This document shows, piece by piece, positions 60,386 through 64,000 of a stretch of DNA of 64,000 nt. This stretch comes from Penicillus capitatus (lineage: Eukaryota; Plantae; Chlorophyta). Under the pieces are notes generated by a model. It saw nothing but the letters and a program-made list of their open reading frames with translations, was not told the origin of the DNA and did not search any database. Location: contig OZ287709.1 of assembly GCA_965649825.1 (NCBI GenBank), positions 372,001 to 436,000 on the forward strand, written 5' to 3'. A program made the position numbers and the translations under genes. Positions within the stretch are counted from its first letter, which is position 1; every line of letters starts with the position of its first letter.

Positions 60386-61168
60386 GATGATGACCACTCT
60401 ATTAAGTGAATAGACGATGTGTCCGACTCCTCGTGTGAGATGACTACATTGGGTACACAACTACAAACTCTCAAGTGTAAGCTTGACTGCCATTTGCTAC
60501 TGAATAAGGGTCCTGATCGCAACCCGCACTACACGAGTAGACAGCGATGGTATCCCTAAAAAGAAAGACGGCTTCTTTGTCGCCGAGGGTTCTCTGCTAC
60601 CAGACATAAGTGCTCTTCTCTGGACCCAAGAAATGAAGGACGTGATGCATATTCCATTAAGAAGATTTTCCAATTCTGCCATCCGTCGAATTACAAAGAA
60701 ACCGTCGTAGCGGATAGTTGTGGTTGTTTATCGACGCATTTCGTCCGCAAAACCCCCTACAACGCATTCGACGCAGTAATGCCAAGATTAGTTTCGACCA
60801 GTTGTTGTGAGATTTGCAGTTCGCAAACGACGCCTGGAGCAACGGCGAGCTACTGGACTACGGAGAAATGGGCGACGATTCTCTGTTCAGCCAGGAACGT
60901 TCTGAAAGACTAAGAAGAACGCGAAACGTGTTCGGATTCGGATTCGGCAATACGGTAAGTGTATCAAACAAAACCTGGAATGCCGACACGGGTACGCATC
61001 CCTCCCTGTATCTATTCTGTGGCTTCAGAAGAAGGCGCATTCGCCGAAATGAGTGTGGAAAGGCCCTTCAGAGATGATGCTTGGATGCGTTGGCGAAAAA
61101 TCCTTCGAGATGACAGAAATGGCTGGCGGCAAGGGACGCGATGAAGCGCCTTGACGGGTGGAGGTAGG

Positions 61169-61437
61169 TGTCGGCAAGATGGCGCTTTGCGGATGTGACT
61201 GTCTTGTGTAGGAAGGGGGCACCTTGCTCTGGGACACTCGGGGTCGTGTCATTTGAGGTTTTGGGCCGAGAAGAGGCCTTTTTCTATGGTCCTGGGGCAG
61301 TACTGAGTCACCTGCCTAGACATGTCGCATCACAACGAGGGTATTTAAGGGGACAATCCGAACCATGTTTACCTTGCTCCAAACAGTCTGCAAAGTCTTC
61401 CGCTGTGTTAATCTTTCGTCCGGCCCGATCGCCGACA
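61169..61437. mobile_element. Solo LTR, family B copy 2 (269 bp)
   Basis: Termini TGTCGGC...GCCGACA, perfect 5-bp TSD GTAGG, ~80% identical to 44810-45075. Confidence 0.9.
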
Positions 61438-62649
61438 GTAGGTTAGTAAGAACGGTGCGTCGTTTGGTAACTTCGAGTTAAGCGTCTTCCTTTAGGCTTT
61501 CCGGCGGAGTATTGTGAGAAGACTCTGAATGCAGCTAGCGCCTATCTAGCTTCTAAGGTGTTTCATGTCTTAAAGGAGATTCACATTGCAACAACATGTT
61601 CGACGGATATGGGAACGTGTGAGCGTTGCTGTGAACGTCGGCCAAACGACCGAGTCCGGACCGGATGGCGAGTCGCGCAGGAAAACTCCGTCAGCAATGC
61701 GTAGTTGCATAGCCAGACGAAACGACAGACGAGTTCTCTCGTTAAATACCTCGGAGAATGGAACATTAGACCATTACATTAGCCTCTCGTCTTCTTCACG
61801 CCAAGGGCTCAGCCACTGAATTGTCTGCTGGCGTGGCGCCAAGCGAACGGTTTGCACGCTGCAGCGACCTCTCGCCAGATGGCCCGAGGTGGAAGCTGAG
61901 GCACTCTTCACAGTCGCCAATCCATTTCAGTCTTACATTTCTCGTCTTGACTGACATGCTCGGGTATCGGATGTTTCCACCACAGGATACGACCGCAAAC
62001 AAGCCATAGGCACTAAACCTCGGGGTAGAAATAGGCGCTACCATCAAATACTGGCCATCAATCAGCTTAACTTCATCATCATCCAGTCCAATAGAGTGTC
62101 CTTTTTCTCTAAATTCTGTTACCGCATGCACTCAGGTATTCCGTTTTTGTGTCGTCTCAGCTTCGAACTGTCTTCTTAGGGAAACTCTGAAGAGATCTGC
62201 AAGCTCGACACAGACGGTGTAAGTTAACAGCCGATGGCGCAAGAAAACAAGGCGAAGAGTCGAGAGAACCAATGTGTAAAAAGACTGTTTGACTTCCTGT
62301 TTTATAATGACACCTAATTCGTTTCATTGAGTCAATTGTCATCATTCACTTCCACAACGGACACGGGCCTCGTAAAGATCTTTCAAGTCAGAGGGAGGCA
62401 AGCTGGGAGGACTGTGGAGCGAACAAGACCATTTACAAGGACTTTGACGGTTCCACTCTAATGCGAGGGTTTTCGCGACTCAGAAGAAACGACGAGAAGC
62501 CTAATACACCTGCCACAGAGTGCCTTGCGTCGTCGCGTCCACATCCTGTCCGATCGAGCTCGTGGCGTCGAGGGATTCATCTTTGTGATTCACTGATCTT
62601 CGTGCTGCGTCAACGTCTTCTGTAAGCTTATCAATTGTTCTTTTCATAT

Positions 62650-63129
62650 CGCTTATGGTTCTTGGATTTCATCAAGGACAGACACAGGCAGCAAAGCGAA
62701 CTGGGTATCACAATTATCCATATGTTGCAGAATACAGCCATAAAGCTGTGAGCCAACCACTTCAGCGACTTTATATCCCAAAACTGGAACACGTGCTTCA
62801 ACTACCGCATACGTTCGTGTTTCCACTCTTTGTGTATGACTATCGTATCTTCTTTCTTCAAATCGTCTGTTCATCTTGTCGAGCAAAATGGTTTGTAAAT
62901 GTCCTTTCAATTGGTGGATCCAAAACAGGTCTCGTCGAAAGCACGAAGCGAACGACGCAAAAACGCACGAAGCGGAGAGAACTGTAACGGAGGAGCTTAA
63001 AGCTCCGAAACCATGTAGCGTAAGAACCGAAACAGACTTAACAGGGGAAGTTCGTAACAATAGCAATGGCTCTAATGTTTTCATGTTCTTAAGGACCACT
63101 GTCGCATCATCTGTTAAAATAACACAACA
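62650..63129 (-). mobile_element. Truncated LTR element: candidate ~116-bp LTR + PBS + degraded internal ORF
   Basis: On the minus strand, TGTTGTG...GCTACA (63129-63014) is immediately followed by TGGTTTCGGAGC. No clear second LTR; the LTR's outer boundary is uncertain. Confidence 0.5.
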
Positions 63130-64000
63130 CTTCATCCTTACGGGACCGTTCTTGGACGAGAAGCATCCCGTTGTCTCCTCTGGAGGAGTCACGCGCTCGT
63201 TTCAGCGACTCTATCGACAGCAGGTCGAGCCTCTTTTGTACAAGATCGAGACTTATTGCCGCTTGCTCCTGTTGATTCCATCTGTCAGAGATGTGCATCA
63301 CAAGCCCATATTCCTTCAGCCTTCATTTCCCTCTCCCCTCTTCACGAGTAGTACGAAGAGAAACGTATTTTCCCTGCTTGATCCTGGAAACCTTAGTCAG
63401 CAGTTCTCTGCACTTTTATCGGAATGAAATGAACTGACGTGGGTGTGTGATACGCATGCAGCTGGAGTGTTCCTTATTGCCTGCAGTGAAAATGCGATTA
63501 AATGTCTAAACACGTCAACCTGTGAGTGGGATCAAACAAATCGCATGCACATTCTCTTCCGTCACAATCTCGGACAGAGAGAGGTCTTGTCATTCCTCAT
63601 GGACTGGTCGGCATTGTTCGGAACGGTGGTCGATCGATGGTGTAGTTTCTAACCCTGTTTTCTCCGGTCTTGGGTTCATGTTTGGATACCGCGTACGGCA
63701 GCAGACTTCTACGACATCCCCAGCTGGATGTAACTCATCACTCCTTCAGGTCCGATCAGCTTCGCAAAGTTCCTTTGTCAGACACAGGAGAATCGTCTGC
63801 CATGTATTCAGAAAGAGGACACTTGTTGGCAGATTGTGCTTCCGTCTCAATCCAAGCCGCCTGGTCAAGGGGAGCAAGTGGCAGGAAGAATCTATGCCTT
63901 GTTGAATGTCTTTCGGGAAGGAAATACTGAGACGGTTGATCTGGCCAACAAGTGTCAAGTGTCGAGTGGATATCGTAGGCATGTAAAGGATTATCATCAG

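Noticed and set aside
60420-61160. Protein-like fragments upstream of the 61.2-kb solo LTR, and the ORF at 61796-62131
   Set aside because: Frames are short and interrupted with no recognisable motif; cannot be supported as genes.
1-64000. Prokaryotic/phage features (CRISPR arrays, operons, defence systems), rRNA or tRNA genes
   Set aside because: The sequence is intron-rich eukaryotic DNA. The only short repeats are spacerless tandem repeats, and I recognised no rRNA or tRNA cloverleaf.
1-64000. Non-standard code (TAA/TAG = Gln) as in some ulvophytes
   Set aside because: Conserved genes end at TAA/TAG at the expected C-termini (AAR2, ALDH2, FRD) and lack in-frame TAA/TAG.

Overview
Gene-dense eukaryotic nuclear DNA, most likely a green alga. 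Support: plastid-targeted nuclear genes (TIC40, PYG7/CGL71, HOZ, DUF2232), TGTAA-type poly(A) signals, uniformly short (~45-65 nt) GT-AG introns, the standard genetic code, and a centriolar gene (CEP131). About 30 intron-containing or single-exon genes are packed with very short intergenic gaps (as little as 7 bp). Three accessory zones interrupt them. (1) ~13.6-18.3 kb holds gene fragments, including an inverted 573-bp copy of the UBAC1-like gene's 3' end. (2) ~42.9-51.6 kb holds a fascin-trefoil/aerolysin-like ORF next to a dead type I PKS carrying four LTR-type insertions: two solo LTRs, a TRIM-like element, and a pol-less element encoding one coiled-coil/CCHC protein. Excising two of them restores KR motifs in frame. 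(3) ~60.4-64 kb holds a further solo LTR and a truncated element. Three unrelated LTR ends are all followed by the same non-canonical primer-binding site, TGGTTTCGGAGC. All gene models were spliced by eye and family calls come from remembered motifs; no database search was run.
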